DNA from: an uncultured Chloroflexia bacterium
GTDB taxonomy: Bacteria > Chloroflexota > Limnocylindria > Limnocylindrales > CSP1-4
Assembly: GCA_963699965.1 (NCBI GenBank)
Contig: CAVOVX010000007.1
Location: 142,885-206,884 of the forward strand
Length of the DNA: 64,000 nt
Reading direction: 5' to 3'
How positions within the stretch are numbered: the first letter of the stretch is position 1; each line of letters opens with the position of its first letter. The notes below the pieces were generated by a model that worked only from the letters and a program-made list of their open reading frames with translations, was not told the origin of the DNA and made no database searches. Of the stretch, positions 1 to 9,555 are shown in pieces. Both the position numbers and the translations under genes were made by a program.

Positions 1-1054
1 GGCAGTGCCTGAAGGTGATCAGCCGGAAGGGCTCGGAGAAGGTGATCCGCTACGCCTTCGAGCTGGCCCGTCGGGAGGGCCGGCCCAAGGTCACCTGCGC
101 CACCAAGGCCAACATCATGAAGCTCACCGAGGGCCTGTTCAAGGCGGTCTTCGAGGAGTTGAGCGCCGAGTACCCCGAGATCGCTGCGGACCACCTGATC
201 ATCGACAACGTCGCCCACCAGCTCGCCAAGGATCCGGCCCAGTTCGACATCGTCGTGACGACGAACCTGAACGGCGACATCATCAGCGACCTGGCCTCGG
301 GCCTAGTCGGTGGACTCGGGTTCGCCTCCTCAGGGAACTACGGCGACCGGGTGGCGATCTTCGAGGCGGTTCATGGCTCGGCGCCGAAGTACGCCGGCAA
401 GGACGTGATCAACCCGACCGCGCTCATCCTCAGCTCGGTGCTCATGCTCCGCCACATCGGCGAGCCTGCGGCGGCCCAGCGGATCGAGGACGCCGTCCTG
501 CGGACGCTCGAGGAGGGCGAGGCGATGACCCAGGACCTCGTCCGGCAGGCGGGCGGCGACATCGACACCGCGACGTCGACGACCGGCTTCACCGACGCGG
601 TGATCGCCAACCTGGGCAATCGCCCGAGACACCTCCCGGCACGCCGGCCGATCGCCCCCGGCGGGCCGCCGCCGACACCGATGCCCGCCTGGTCGTACGG
701 CCCCGAGCGCTACGCGCGGATCGACCAACGGACGGTCGGACTCGACATCTTCATCGCGACCGACATCCCGCCCGACGTGCTCGGCCCGGAGCTCGAAGGG
801 CTGGCCGGCTCCGTCTACCGGCTGGACTTCGTCGAGAGCCGTGGCACGAAGGTCTACCCGTCGGTCGGGCTGGCCGCCGAGAGCGTCGGGCTCCTGCGCG
901 CCCGGTTCGTGACCGCCGACGGGGGCGACGCCGTCGACGCCGAGCTGCTCGAGCTCCAGGCCCGGGTGGCCGCTCGCCATCCGGGTTGGACCCATGTCGA
1001 GAAGCTCCACCTGTTCGACGGGGTCGAGGCGTTCACCAAGGCCCAGGGCCATAG
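1..1054 (+). CDS. icd: isocitrate dehydrogenase (isocitrate/isopropylmalate dehydrogenase family); 5' end cut by the window edge; about 135-aa C-terminal extension; 3' end probably frame-disrupted
   Basis: The frame of ORF 15..1766 reads ATKANIMKLTEGLFKAVF, TTNLNGDIISDLASGLVGGLG and FEAVHGSAPKYAGKDVINP (family core). An extra domain follows (GLDIFIATDIPPDVLGPELEGL ... HVEKLHLFDGVEAFTKAQG). This frame has no stop until 1766 and runs through purE. A TAG at 1052-1054 lies one frame over, 26 nt before the purE start, so I place the end there and infer an indel in the last codons. Confidence 0.8.
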   Translation, partial: AVPEGDQPEGLGEGDPLRLRAGPSGGPAQGHLRHQGQHHEAHRGPVQGGLRGVERRVPRDRCGPPDHRQRRPPARQGSGPVRHRRDDEPERRHHQRPGLGPSRWTRVRLLRELRRPGGDLRGGSWLGAEVRRQGRDQPDRAHPQLGAHAPPHRRACGGPADRGRRPADARGGRGDDPGPRPAGGRRHRHRDVDDRLHRRGDRQPGQSPETPPGTPADRPRRAAADTDARLVVRPRALRADRPTDGRTRHLHRDRHPARRARPGARRAGRLRLPAGLRREPWHEGLPVGRAGRRERRAPARPVRDRRRGRRRRRRAARAPGPGGRSPSGLDPCREAPPVRRGRGVHQGPGP

Positions 1055-1080
1055 CGTGACGGCGCCGTCGGGGGTCGCGG

Positions 1081-1551
1081 GTGGGGGTCGTCGGCGGCAG
1101 CCGCTCGGACTTCCCGATCCTCGAGAAGGCGGCCGCGCTCCTGACCGAGCTCGGGATCCCGAACGAGCTCCGGGTGGTGTCTGCCCACCGGACCCCCGAC
1201 CTCCTCTATCGCTACGCCGAGGAGGCCGCCGGCCGCGGGATCCGGGTCATCGTCGCCGGGGCCGGCGGGGCGGCCCATCTGCCGGGGATGCTCGCGGCCA
1301 AGACGATCCTGCCGGTCATCGGCGTGCCGATCCCGACCCAGCACCTCGGCGGCCTCGACTCGCTCCTGTCGATCGTCCAGATGCCGCGCGGGGTGCCCGT
1401 CGCGACCGTGGCGATCGGCAACGCCGAGAACGCCGCCCTGCTCGCGGCCGAGATCCTGGCGCTGTCCGACCCGGCGCTCGCCGAGCGGGTCGCCGCCCAC
1501 CGCGCCGCCCAGACCCAGGCGGTCCTCGACGACGAGTCGAACCGGGCCTGA
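1081..1551 (+). CDS. purE: N5-carboxyaminoimidazole ribonucleotide mutase (class I PurE)
   Basis: Intact 156-aa ORF with a GTG start. Motifs: [71 protein letters not shown]. Confidence 0.9.
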   Translation: MGVVGGSRSDFPILEKAAALLTELGIPNELRVVSAHRTPDLLYRYAEEAAGRGIRVIVAGAGGAAHLPGMLAAKTILPVIGVPIPTQHLGGLDSLLSIVQMPRGVPVATVAIGNAENAALLAAEILALSDPALAERVAAHRAAQTQAVLDDESNRA

Positions 1552-1560
1552 CCCGAGCCG

Positions 1561-2357
1561 TCAGCCGGGCGCGATCTCTCGTGACGACGAACTGCGCCCG
1601 GCAGCGGGCGACCATCTGCGACTTCGACGGCCCGGGATCGAGCCCCGGCGCGAAGGCCACCGACTTGCAGGTCGTGGCCGCCGGATCGTTGAAGTGGCCG
1701 GTGACGGTCACGTACCCGTGCGAGATGCGGGCCCGAACGGACAGGCCTTCGCCGCGGCATCGGTGATCGAGCAACGGCCGAGGGCCGGCGCGACGCGGAC
1801 GACCAGCCAGGCGTCCTGGTCACTGCTCGGCGAGCGGCTCCGGCTGGAGGATCACCCCGGTCCAGTTGTCGGCGATCCAGGCCCGGCGTCATCTTCGAGC
1901 GCGCTCACGCCGCCGAGGTCGGTCGGTCGTCGGGACGTAGGCCCGGAAGGTGAGCGGCCGTCGACGTCGAAGCAGCGTGACGGCCCGTCCGGCGCGCGGC
2001 GGTCTCGCCTGGCCGCGCGAGATCGACCGGCGGGACCGGGCAGCCGCCGGCGTCGAGCGCCTGCGACCGCGGGTTCGCGGTCGGCGTACGCCGACGGTGC
2101 TGGGTGACGCCGTCGGGCGTGGGGGTCGTCACCGGCGTCGACGGTCGGCGCCGACGACACCGGCCGACGGCCTAATGGCGACGGCCGTAACGCCTCGAGG
2201 GCGACGCCGGCGAGCGACTGGGTCGCCGCTCGCGGGAGGCCGCAAGCTGGTTCCCGTGCAGCCCGCCACGATCGCCATCGCAACGGCCGACGAGCAACTC
2301 AGCCGCGCGACCGCGGTGCCTACCGAAGCTCGGTTTGTGCCGTTCGCTCCCGTTCAT
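1561..2357 (-). pseudogene. possible lipoprotein gene remnant (no single open frame)
   Basis: Protein-like pieces appear when three minus frames are stitched: MNGSERHKPSF then AVAMAIVAGCTGT (lipobox-like VAGC), AWIADNWTGVILQPEPLAEQ, DAWLVVRVAPALGRCSITDAAAKACP, and ISHGYVTVTGHFNDPAATTCKSVAFAPG. A candidate stop is the reverse complement of 1561-1563. The model needs at least 4 frame changes, so this is a weak call. Confidence 0.3.
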
Positions 2358-2491
2358 GACAACCCTCCGATCTGTTGCGACGCGCAGCATACCGGTGGGA
2401 CGTACGACGACCGTCGACGATCGCGGCACGAGCGCCCGATGACCGTCGGAATTGCGATGCGCTAGCGAAACGTCCGGGCTACGATGGGACG

Positions 2492-2809
2492 ATGGACGAC
2501 CCGAGGTACGAGCCCGGGCATGCCCGTCGCTCGACCGCCAGGCGGTCCGCGAGCCGAGCCTTCCGCCGAGCCTCCAGGGCCTCCCGCCGCGGTCGGTGCC
2601 GGAGCTCCGGCCGACGCCGCTCCAGCGCCACTACATCTCGCTGTCGGTCGTCGCCCTCATCTGCGGCGCGGTCGCGATCACGGCGCTCGAGCTCGGCGTG
2701 CCGCTCGGGAGCCCGCTGGTCAAGCTGTGCGTGCTCGTCGGGGCGCCGCTGCTGTTCCTGACCACCGGCCGACGCGGCGCTCCGGATCTGGCGCTCCGCC
2801 TGGGCGTGG
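2492..2809 (+). pseudogene. membrane-segment coding region (2-3 predicted TM helices), frame uncertain; may be the N-terminal part of the downstream NUDIX gene
   Basis: ATG at 2492 (MDDPRYEPG) in one frame. High third-position GC then moves to the frame reading PTPLQRHYISLSVVALICGAVAITALELGVPLGSPLVKLCVLVGAPLLFLTTGRRG. No clean start-to-stop model is possible. Confidence 0.35.
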
Positions 2810-3541
2810 ATGCCGGTCAACCCCGGGCGCGGGGCCGTTCCGGCTGGCCTGGTTCGCGGCCACGTCGTGCTGCTCGGCGTCCTCGCCGTCGTGACCTGGC
2901 GGTCCTCACGGCATGACGGGCGGCTGGCCGCGGCCGGGCGGACGGCCGCTCGACCGACATCGCCTCGGGCGAAGGGGTCCCGGCCTGGGTCGCGGCGACG
3001 CTCAACCATTGCTCGCGCTGCGGGGCCGAGCTCGTCTACGGGCCGCTCGAGGGCGAGCATCGGCAGCGGCTGGCCTGTCCGAGCTGCGGCCACATCGCCT
3101 ACGTCAACCCGCGGCTCGTCGCGACGACCGTGCCGCTGACCGAGGCCGGTGAGGTCGTCCTGATCCGGCGCGGGATCGAGCCGCCGCGGTGCGTGGGCGC
3201 AGCCGGGCGGCTTCCTCGAGGTCGACGAGACGGTCCACGAGGGGGCGATCCGGGAGACCCTCGAGGAGACCGGGCTGCTCGTCGAGCCGGGCGAGATCAT
3301 CGGGTTGTACTCGCGGCTCGAGGCGATCGTGGTCGTCGCCGTGTTCGAGGCTCGGATCGTGGGCGGCGAGCCGCGCCTGTCGCCGGAGGCGACCGAGATC
3401 CAGGCGTTCGCGCCCGGGGCGATCCCGTGGGCCGGGATCGGCTTCAAGACGACCTACTTCGCCCTCGTCGATTGGCTGGCGAAGCGACGCCCGGACCTCG
3501 TGCCGGGACCGGCCCCGACCTGGCGCCGCTGGGAGGGCTGA
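2810..3541 (+). pseudogene. NUDIX hydrolase with N-terminal hydrophobic segment and CxxC..CxxC zinc ribbon; at least 2 frame changes
   Basis: Three pieces were stitched: MPVNPGRGAVPAGLVRGHVVLLGVLAVVTW, then HCSRCGAELVYGPLEGEHRQRLACPSCGHIAYVNPRLVATTVPLTEAGEVVLIRRGIEPP, then RGAWAQPGGFLEVDETVHEGAIRETLEETGL (NUDIX box Gx5Ex7REUxEExGU) through to WLAKRRPDL and a stop at 3541. Frame switches lie near 2945 and near 3185. Confidence 0.75.
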
Positions 3542-3555
3542 GGGGCCCGGACGGG

Positions 3556-4103
3556 TCAGGCCGGGACGGACGGCGGCGTCGGTGGCCCTGCGCGGAGTCG
3601 AGGCGGTCAGCCAGGGCCAGGCGCTCGACAGGAGGCCGATGATCGCGATCGAGGCGGCCCCGACCCCGATCAAGCCGAGCGTCGCCTGCCAGCTGACCCC
3701 GTTGTCGGTCGGCGCTGCTGGCGATGACGAGCACGCCGTAGACGCCGGCCATCCCGGCGAACAGCCCGACGACCGACACGGCGATCGCCGCCGCCGCTCC
3801 CCACCAGCGCCGCCCGCGAAGCGCCCAGGCGGTGATGACGAGCGTCGCACCGAGGAATGCCCAGGCCAGCGAGTACTGGCGTTCGATCGAGTCACCCGCG
3901 GACAGGGCCACGGCGTAGCCCTCGATCGCCCCGCCGACGATGAGGAGGATCAGCGAGATGGCGCTGATCGAGAGCGGTCGTCGGGGCCGTCGCCGGACGG
4001 GTGGCGGCTTCGGCGGGTCCGCTTCCGCGGCTCCCGGCTCGATGGCCTCACCCTGCTCGGGTGCGGTAGCGGGCTCGAGCCCGTTGCTCGTCTGGTCGTT
4101 CAT
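3556..4103 (-). pseudogene. small integral membrane protein (about 4 TM helices), one frame change, 3' end uncertain
   Basis: MNDQTSNGLEPATAPEQGEA..., then TM helices PLSISAISLILLIVGGAIEGYAV, AWAFLGATLVITAWAL and AAAAIAVSVVGLFAGMAGVYGVLVIA. A shift near 3720 leads to NGVSWQATLGLIGVGAASIAIIGLLSSAWPWL. The shifted frame has no stop before it runs antisense into the NUDIX gene, so the end is approximate. Confidence 0.5.
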
Positions 4104-4175
4104 GGGACGACAGTCTGGGGCTGCCCGGGAGGTCCCGTCGATCCCACTCCCGTCCTGTCCCGGACGGCCCTTTGG

Positions 4176-5656
4176 TCAGCCCAGGTCGACGAACACGTTC
4201 TTCGCCTCGGTGTACAGCTCGACGCGCGTGCATCCCCAGCTCGCGGCCGATGCCCGACATCTTGTAGCCGCCGAACGGCGCCTCGGTGTGGACCGAGCTG
4301 TTCGAGTTGATCGCTGAGCACGCCGGCCTGGACGCCCTTGGCGGCCCGCAGCGCCCGGCCGATGTCGCGGGTCCAGATCGAGCCCGAGAGGCCGTACGGG
4401 GTGGCGTTGGCCAGGCGGATGGCCTCCTCCTCGGTGTCGAACGGGATGATCGACACGACCGGCCCGAAGATCTCCTCCCGCACGATGCGCATGTCGTTCG
4501 GCGCCGTCGAAGATGGTCGGCAGGAGGTAGGCTGCCGTCGGCCAGCGCCGGATCGTCGGGGCCGTGCCGCCGGCGAGCAGCTCGCGCCCTCCGCCTGGCC
4601 GATCCCGATGTAGTCCAGGACGCGCTCGCGCTGGCGCGGGTGGACCATCGGGCCGACCTCGGTCGTCTCGTCGGCCGGGTCGCCGACCATGACCTTCCGC
4701 GGTCGCCGCGACGAACAGCTCGACGACCCGGTCGTGGGCGGACCGCTCGACGAGGATCCGACTGCGGGCGGTGCAGTCCTGGCCGCAGTTGTCGAAGACG
4801 GAATACGGCGACTCGCGGGCGAACTTCTCCAGGTCGGCGTCGGCGAAGACGATGTTGGGGCTCTTGCCGCCGAGCTCGAGGCAGATCTTCTTCACGTTGC
4901 GTGGCGGCCAGCCGCATGATCTCCTGGCCCGTGGTCGTCTCGCCGGTGAAGGCGACCTTGCCGATCCCGGGGTGGCCGGCGAGCGCCGCTCCGGCGGTCC
5001 CGCCCGGGCCGGTGACGACGTTGACGACGCCCGGCGGGAAGCCGGCCTCGAGGGCCAGCTCACCGAGGCGGATCGCCGTCAGCGGCGTCCAGCTGGCCGG
5101 CTTGAGGATGCAGGTGTTGCCCGCCGCGAGTGCCGGCCCGAGCTTCCAGCTGGCCATCAGGATCGGGAAGTTCCAGGGCACGATCAGCCCGACCACCCCG
5201 ATCGGCTCGCGCAGCGTGAAGTCGAGCCCGGGCTTGCTGACCGGGATCGTCTCGCCGAAGAGCTTGTTGGCGGCGCCGGCGTAGTACTCGAACACGAGGC
5301 TCACCCCGAGCGCCTCGCCGCGGGCACCCGAGATCGGCTTGCCGACGTTCCGGCTCTCGAGCCGGGCCAGCTCCTCGAGGTTCGCCTTGACCAGGGCCGA
5401 CAGCTTGGCCAGGGTCCGGCCGCGCTTGCTGGCCGACCAGCTCGACCAGCCCTTCGGGTCGTCGAATGCCTGTCGGGCGGCGTCGACGGCCCGGTCGACG
5501 TCGGCCTTGCCGCCGAGCGGCGCGGTGGCCATCACGCGGCCCGTCGACGGGTCGAGCACCTCGAAGGTCTGGCCGTCGAGCGAGTCGACCGGCTGCGCCC
5601 CCGACGACCATCTTCGCGGCGAGCGGTGCTGGGGCGGTCTGCGGCTCGGTCGTCAT
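4176..5656 (-). pseudogene. NAD(P)-dependent aldehyde dehydrogenase, reading frame changes 7 times
   Basis: Stitched from ORFs 5060..5656, 4048..5559, 4176..5063 and 4100..4690. Pieces: MTTEPQTAPAPLAAKMVVGG, LDPSTGRVMATAPLGGKADVDRAV, VGLIVPWNFPILMASWKLGPALAAGNTCILKP, KKICLELGGKSPNIVF, FDNCGQDCTA, REEIFGPVVSIIPFDTEEEAIRLAN, PFGGYKMSGIGRELG, EAKNVFVDLG-stop. All ALDH signature motifs, including the catalytic Glu and Cys contexts, are present once the frames are joined. Confidence 0.85.
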
Positions 5657-5792
5657 CGGGCGGTCCTCGGTCTTGGGTCGGCGGGCGGCTCCAGGCGGGC
5701 GCCGGGTCAGGCGATTGACCTCGATGATACGCCCGGCCGCGACGCTGACCGTCGACCGCCATGGGCGTCACGCATAGCCATACACTCGCGCC

Positions 5793-6837
5793 GTGACCAC
5801 TCCGCCTCGCGCCAGGGATCGGGCCGGGTCGCTTCGCGGCGGGTTCAGTGCGATCACGGTGCACCACGTCAGGATGTGGCTCCTGGTGGTGCTGGCGATC
5901 GCAGCGATCGGAACCGCGGGCTACGTCGTGCTCGAGGGCTGGAGCGCCGGCGACGCGCTGTACATGACGGTCATCACCCTGACCACGGTCGGTTTCCGGG
6001 AAGTCAACGAGCTCGACACGGCGGGCCGGATCTGGACGATGATCCTGTCGGTTGCGGCCGTCGGGATCATCTTCGGGACCGTCGGGATCGTCGCCGAGGG
6101 CATCCTGGCCGAGGTCGCCAGCGGCACGGAGGGAGGCGAAGCGGATGGAGCGCGCGGTCGCGGAGCTCCGCGACCACTTCATCGTGTGCGGATACGGCCG
6201 GGTCGGCTCGATGGTCGCCCGCGAGCTCGTCGACGGCGGCCGAGCAGGTCGTAGTCGTCGACATCCGGCCGGAGTCGCTCGACAAGGCCCGCGCCGACGG
6301 CCTCCTCGTGGTCGCCGGCGACGGCACGTCGGACGCCGTCCTGACCGAGGCCGGCGTCGACGCGGCCCGCGGCCTGGTTACGGCGATCGACTCGGACGCG
6401 AACAACGTCTACGTCACGCTGTCGGCCCGGGCGCTCAACCCGAGCCTGTTCATCGTCGGTCGGGCGAGCGCCGTGCGGGGCCGAGGCGAAGGTCCTCCAG
6501 GCGGGCGCGAACCGGGTCGTTTCGCCGTACACGATGGCCGGTCGGCGGATCGCCGAGCTCGCGCTCCGTCCGCGGGTCGATCGAGTTCATCGACGCGGCG
6601 CTGTCCCACGGCGAGCTCGCCTTCTCGATGGAGGAGGTCGAGGTCGGGCCGGACGGCCCACTCGATGGGCGGACCGTCGGGGCGCTTCGGGCCGACGGGA
6701 TCTTCACCCTGGCCGTCGTGCGTGGACCCGGCGCCTACGACCCGAACCCGCCCGACGAGCGGGTGGTGGCTGTCGGCGAGACGCTCATCGTGTCCGGCTC
6801 GGCCGAGACGTTGCGCCGGCTCCGCGAGCGGCTCTAG
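5793..6837 (+). pseudogene. two-TM potassium-channel pore domain fused to RCK/TrkA-N and TrkA-C domains (Kch/MthK-like), at least 4 frame changes
   Basis: Pore region: WLLVVLAIAAIGTAGYVVLEGWSAGDALYMTVITLTTVGFREV ... IWTMILSVAAVGIIFGTVGIV. In other frames: LRDHFIVCGYGRVGSMVARELV (Rossmann GxGxxG), VVVVDIRPESLDKARADGLLVVAGDGTSDAVLTEAGV, DSDANNVYVTLSARALNP, VVSPYTMAGRRIAELA, and FSMEEVEVGPDGPLDGRTVGALR ... ETLIVSGSAETLRRLRERL-stop. Confidence 0.8.
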
Positions 6838-6840
6838 CGG

Positions 6841-7337
6841 TCAGCCGTCCGTCGCGCCGCCGGGCGGTGTCGAGGGCCGGTCGCCGAGCTCGCGTTCGAT
6901 GTTCCGGACGAGCTCGCCGATCTGGCCGGTGAGGGCCTCGGTCAGCGTCGGTCCGCCGAACCCCTTGAGGCTGCCGCCGAGCTCGAGCCCGACCGAGTAG
7001 CCGACGCTCGACCGGGCGGGTCCGAGCGCCACGATGTCGAACGGGACGTCGAGCCGGAACGAACCACCGAGCCCGCGGGGCCGCCCTTCGAGGACGAGCC
7101 GCACATGCCGTGGCCGGTCCGCCTCGAGGAGCGTCGCGACGACATCGGAGCGGACCGTCATGAACCGGACCTTCGAGGCGACGACGGCGTTGAACCGGTC
7201 GGGGCTCACCCGCAGGATCGACTCGCAGCCCGGGAGGATCCGGCCGAGCGCGGCGGGATCGTCGAGGATCCCCCAGATCGCCTCGGGGGTGGCCGCCAGC
7301 TCGACGGTCTGGACCGGTCCCGAGACGGCTCGGTCAA
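6841..7337 (-). pseudogene. SRPBCC-fold protein, CoxG/carbon-monoxide-dehydrogenase subunit G-like; probable N-terminal frame change
   Basis: Reads [66 protein letters not shown] ... LKGFGGPTLTEALTGQIGELVRNIEREL. The open frame has no ATG, GTG or TTG upstream of 7209. A TTG at 7337 overlaps the ppgK stop (TTGA) but is one frame off. Confidence 0.6.
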
Positions 7338-8257
7338 GCCGGGTCGGCCGGTCCGGCGGCGACTCCGGCGGCGACCTCGACCTCGACCTCGGCCTCGGCC
7401 GCTGTCGTCGCCGGTTCGCCGGGCGTCTTCCGTCGGGTCCGCGAGCGGCGCCTGGTGGTCCCCGCGGCGGGCACCGCCCGAGCTGCTTCCAGCCGCTCTG
7501 CCGCGAACAGCGCGGCGCCGACGATCCCGGCGTCGTTCCGGAGTTGGGCCGGGACGACCGGAACCCGGACGGTCAGGAACGGCACGAACTTGTCCGGGTT
7601 CTTGCTCACACCGCCGCCGAGGATGAACAGGTTCGGGCTGAACAGGCGGTCGATGGCGATGAGGTGCTCGTCGAGGTCGGCCGCCCAGGCCTTCCACGAC
7701 AGGCCGCGCCGGATCCGGGCGTTGGCCGCGGACCGACGCTCCGCATCGCGTCCCCGGATCTCCATGTGCCCGAGCTCCGTGTTCGGGACGAGGACGCCGT
7801 CGACGAACAGAGCCGACCCAACACCGGTGCCCAGGGTCAGCACGAAGACCGTTCCCAGCTGACCGCGGCCCGCGCCGAAGCGCATCTCGGCCAGGCCGGC
7901 GGCGTCGGCGTCGTTGACGATCACGACGTCGCGGAGCAGCGCCCGACGGAATTCGATGGCGGCCGGGTAGTCGATCCAGCCAAGGTCGATGTTCGCCGCC
8001 GATCGGGTCTGGCCGTCGATCACGACCGACGGGATCCCAACGCCTACCGGCGCGCCCGTCGCCCGAGCCACCGCCGGGGCCGCCCGGCCGATCCGGGTCA
8101 CGAGCCGGGCCGTCGCCGCGACGACCGAGTCCGGCGTCGATGGGCTCGGGGTGGCAATCCGGACCCGTTCCCCGTGGAGCGTCCCGGCTGCGAGATCGAC
8201 CGCGCCGGCCTTGATCCCAGAGCCCCCGATGTCGATCCCGATCCCGAGCTCGGTCAC
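7334..8257 (-). CDS. ppgK: ROK-family polyphosphate/ATP glucokinase with a low-complexity C-terminal tail
   Basis: Intact 307 aa. Motifs: [73 protein letters not shown]. The tail reads [27 protein letters not shown]. Confidence 0.85.
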   Translation of the reverse strand: MTELGIGIDIGGSGIKAGAVDLAAGTLHGERVRIATPSPSTPDSVVAATARLVTRIGRAAPAVARATGAPVGVGIPSVVIDGQTRSAANIDLGWIDYPAAIEFRRALLRDVVIVNDADAAGLAEMRFGAGRGQLGTVFVLTLGTGVGSALFVDGVLVPNTELGHMEIRGRDAERRSAANARIRRGLSWKAWAADLDEHLIAIDRLFSPNLFILGGGVSKNPDKFVPFLTVRVPVVPAQLRNDAGIVGAALFAAERLEAARAVPAAGTTRRRSRTRRKTPGEPATTAAEAEVEVEVAAGVAAGPADPA

Positions 8258-8266
8258 GGCCCCGCC

Positions 8267-9034
8267 CTAGAAGTAGTTGACGGTGATGCCGCCGTCGACG
8301 ACGAGCTGGGCTCCGTTCGTCCAGCGCGATTCGTCGGACGCGAGGTAGATCGCCATGTTGACGATCTCCTCGGGCTTGCCGAACCGGCCGGTCGGGTTGC
8401 GCGCGAGGCGGATCCGCTTCGCCTGCTCGTCCTTCACGAGCCAGTCCATCAGCAGCGGAGTCTCGACCGGACCCGGGCAGATCGCGTTCGTCCGCACGCC
8501 GTTCGGTCCGAACTGGACCGCGAGGCTGCGGGTCAGCGACAGGAGGGCGCCCTTGGAGGCGGTATAGGCGTCCTGGGGCACCGAGCAGCCGACGAGCGCG
8601 ACGAAGCTGGCGATGTTGATGATCGAGCCGCTGCCGGCCTCGACCATCCTCGGGATCGCGTACTTGCAGCCGAGGAACACGCCGCGGACGTTGACCGCCA
8701 TCACCTGGTCCCAGACGGCGACCTCGGTGTCGGTCACCGAGTGGTCGGCCTCGGGCATGATCCCGGCGTTGTTGTAGAGGACGTCGACCCGACCGAACGT
8801 CGAGAGCGCGTGATCGACCATGCTCCGCGCGTCGGCCTCGTTCGACACGTCGACCCGGACGAAGCTGGCCCGGCCACCGGCCGCCTCGACCTGGCGCACC
8901 GTCTCGGCGCCGGCTGCTTCGCTGAACTCGGCGACCACGACTCGGGCTCCCTCGGCGGCGAACATGAGCGAGGCCGTCCGGCCCATCCCGCCGCCGGCCC
9001 CGGTGATGATCGCCACCTTGTCTTGCAGCCGCAT
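8267..9034 (-). CDS. short-chain dehydrogenase/reductase (SDR)
   Basis: Intact 255 aa. Motifs: KVAIITGAGGGMG (TGxxxGxG), NNAGI, SGSIINIAS, YTASKGALLSLTRSLA (YxxxK), ICPGPVETP. Confidence 0.9.
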   Translation of the reverse strand: MRLQDKVAIITGAGGGMGRTASLMFAAEGARVVVAEFSEAAGAETVRQVEAAGGRASFVRVDVSNEADARSMVDHALSTFGRVDVLYNNAGIMPEADHSVTDTEVAVWDQVMAVNVRGVFLGCKYAIPRMVEAGSGSIINIASFVALVGCSVPQDAYTASKGALLSLTRSLAVQFGPNGVRTNAICPGPVETPLLMDWLVKDEQAKRIRLARNPTGRFGKPEEIVNMAIYLASDESRWTNGAQLVVDGGITVNYF

Positions 9035-9111
9035 CCTGGCCCAGATCCCTCCGCTCCCGTGCCCCGTCAGGGTAGGACGTCAACCGCCCGCCCGATACCT
9101 CATCGTACCGC

Positions 9112-9555
9112 TCAGGGCCGCCCCGGACTCGACCCTTCGCCCGACGGTCGACCCGGGTCGTCGTCGTCCGGCTCGAGTCCGTCCGTCGCCGGCTGCTCGT
9201 CGGGCGGCGGTTCGAACCAGGCGCGGTACCGGGTGAGGGCGACGATGGCCACCATCGACGACACGATCCCGGTCAGGCTGAGCAGCCCGGCGTCGAGGGT
9301 GAAGGGCACCGTGAGCAGGGTCAGGAACGCGGCGGCCAGGGCCGGCCCCCGGTCGCGTCCGGACCGGATCCGCCAGCCGAGCACGATGTCGGCGGCCGCG
9401 AGCAGCCCGACCGGGACCCCGAGGACCAGCGCCGGCGCACCGTACACGGCGACGATCAGCGTGACGACGAAGGCCTGGACGACGCCCGCCGCGATCAGGA
9501 GCAGCCCGCCGACCCCGACGAGGATCGGCCGTGGGTCGTCCCAGCCGCGGGTCAT
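9112..9555 (-). CDS. small integral membrane protein (4 TM helices), unknown function
   Basis: The ATG at 9555 overlaps the stop of the upstream ligase gene (ATGA). Hydrophobic helices: ILVGVGGLLLIAAGVVQAFVVTLIVAVYGAPALVLGVPVGLLAAADIVLG and ALAAAFLTLLTVPF..LLSLTGIVSSMVAIVAL. Acidic and Pro-rich tail. Confidence 0.6.
   Translation of the reverse strand: MTRGWDDPRPILVGVGGLLLIAAGVVQAFVVTLIVAVYGAPALVLGVPVGLLAAADIVLGWRIRSGRDRGPALAAAFLTLLTVPFTLDAGLLSLTGIVSSMVAIVALTRYRAWFEPPPDEQPATDGLEPDDDDPGRPSGEGSSPGRP

Noticed and set aside
15-1766. 583-aa ORF that would fuse isocitrate dehydrogenase to a long tail overlapping purE.
   Set aside because: After ...FTKAQG the translation turns into Arg/Pro/Gly filler. 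purE is clearly encoded in another frame from 1081. A stop one frame over, at 1052-1054, fits the gene spacing.
2914-2916. In-frame TGA between the membrane-segment ORF (2452..2916) and the zinc-ribbon/NUDIX reading frame: possible read-through, selenocysteine or a nonsense mutation.
   Set aside because: Third-position GC shows that the codons just upstream of this TGA are not read in that frame; the coding signal there is one frame over. The shared frame is therefore coincidental. No SECIS-like hairpin was evident.
4176-5656. Programmed ribosomal frameshifting or other recoding as an explanation for the multi-frame genes.
   Set aside because: There are up to seven switches in both directions within one gene. 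The switch points show no shared slippery motif and no downstream structure, and similar switches occur in unrelated genes. Recoding is not a plausible general mechanism; indels, whether real or artefactual, are.
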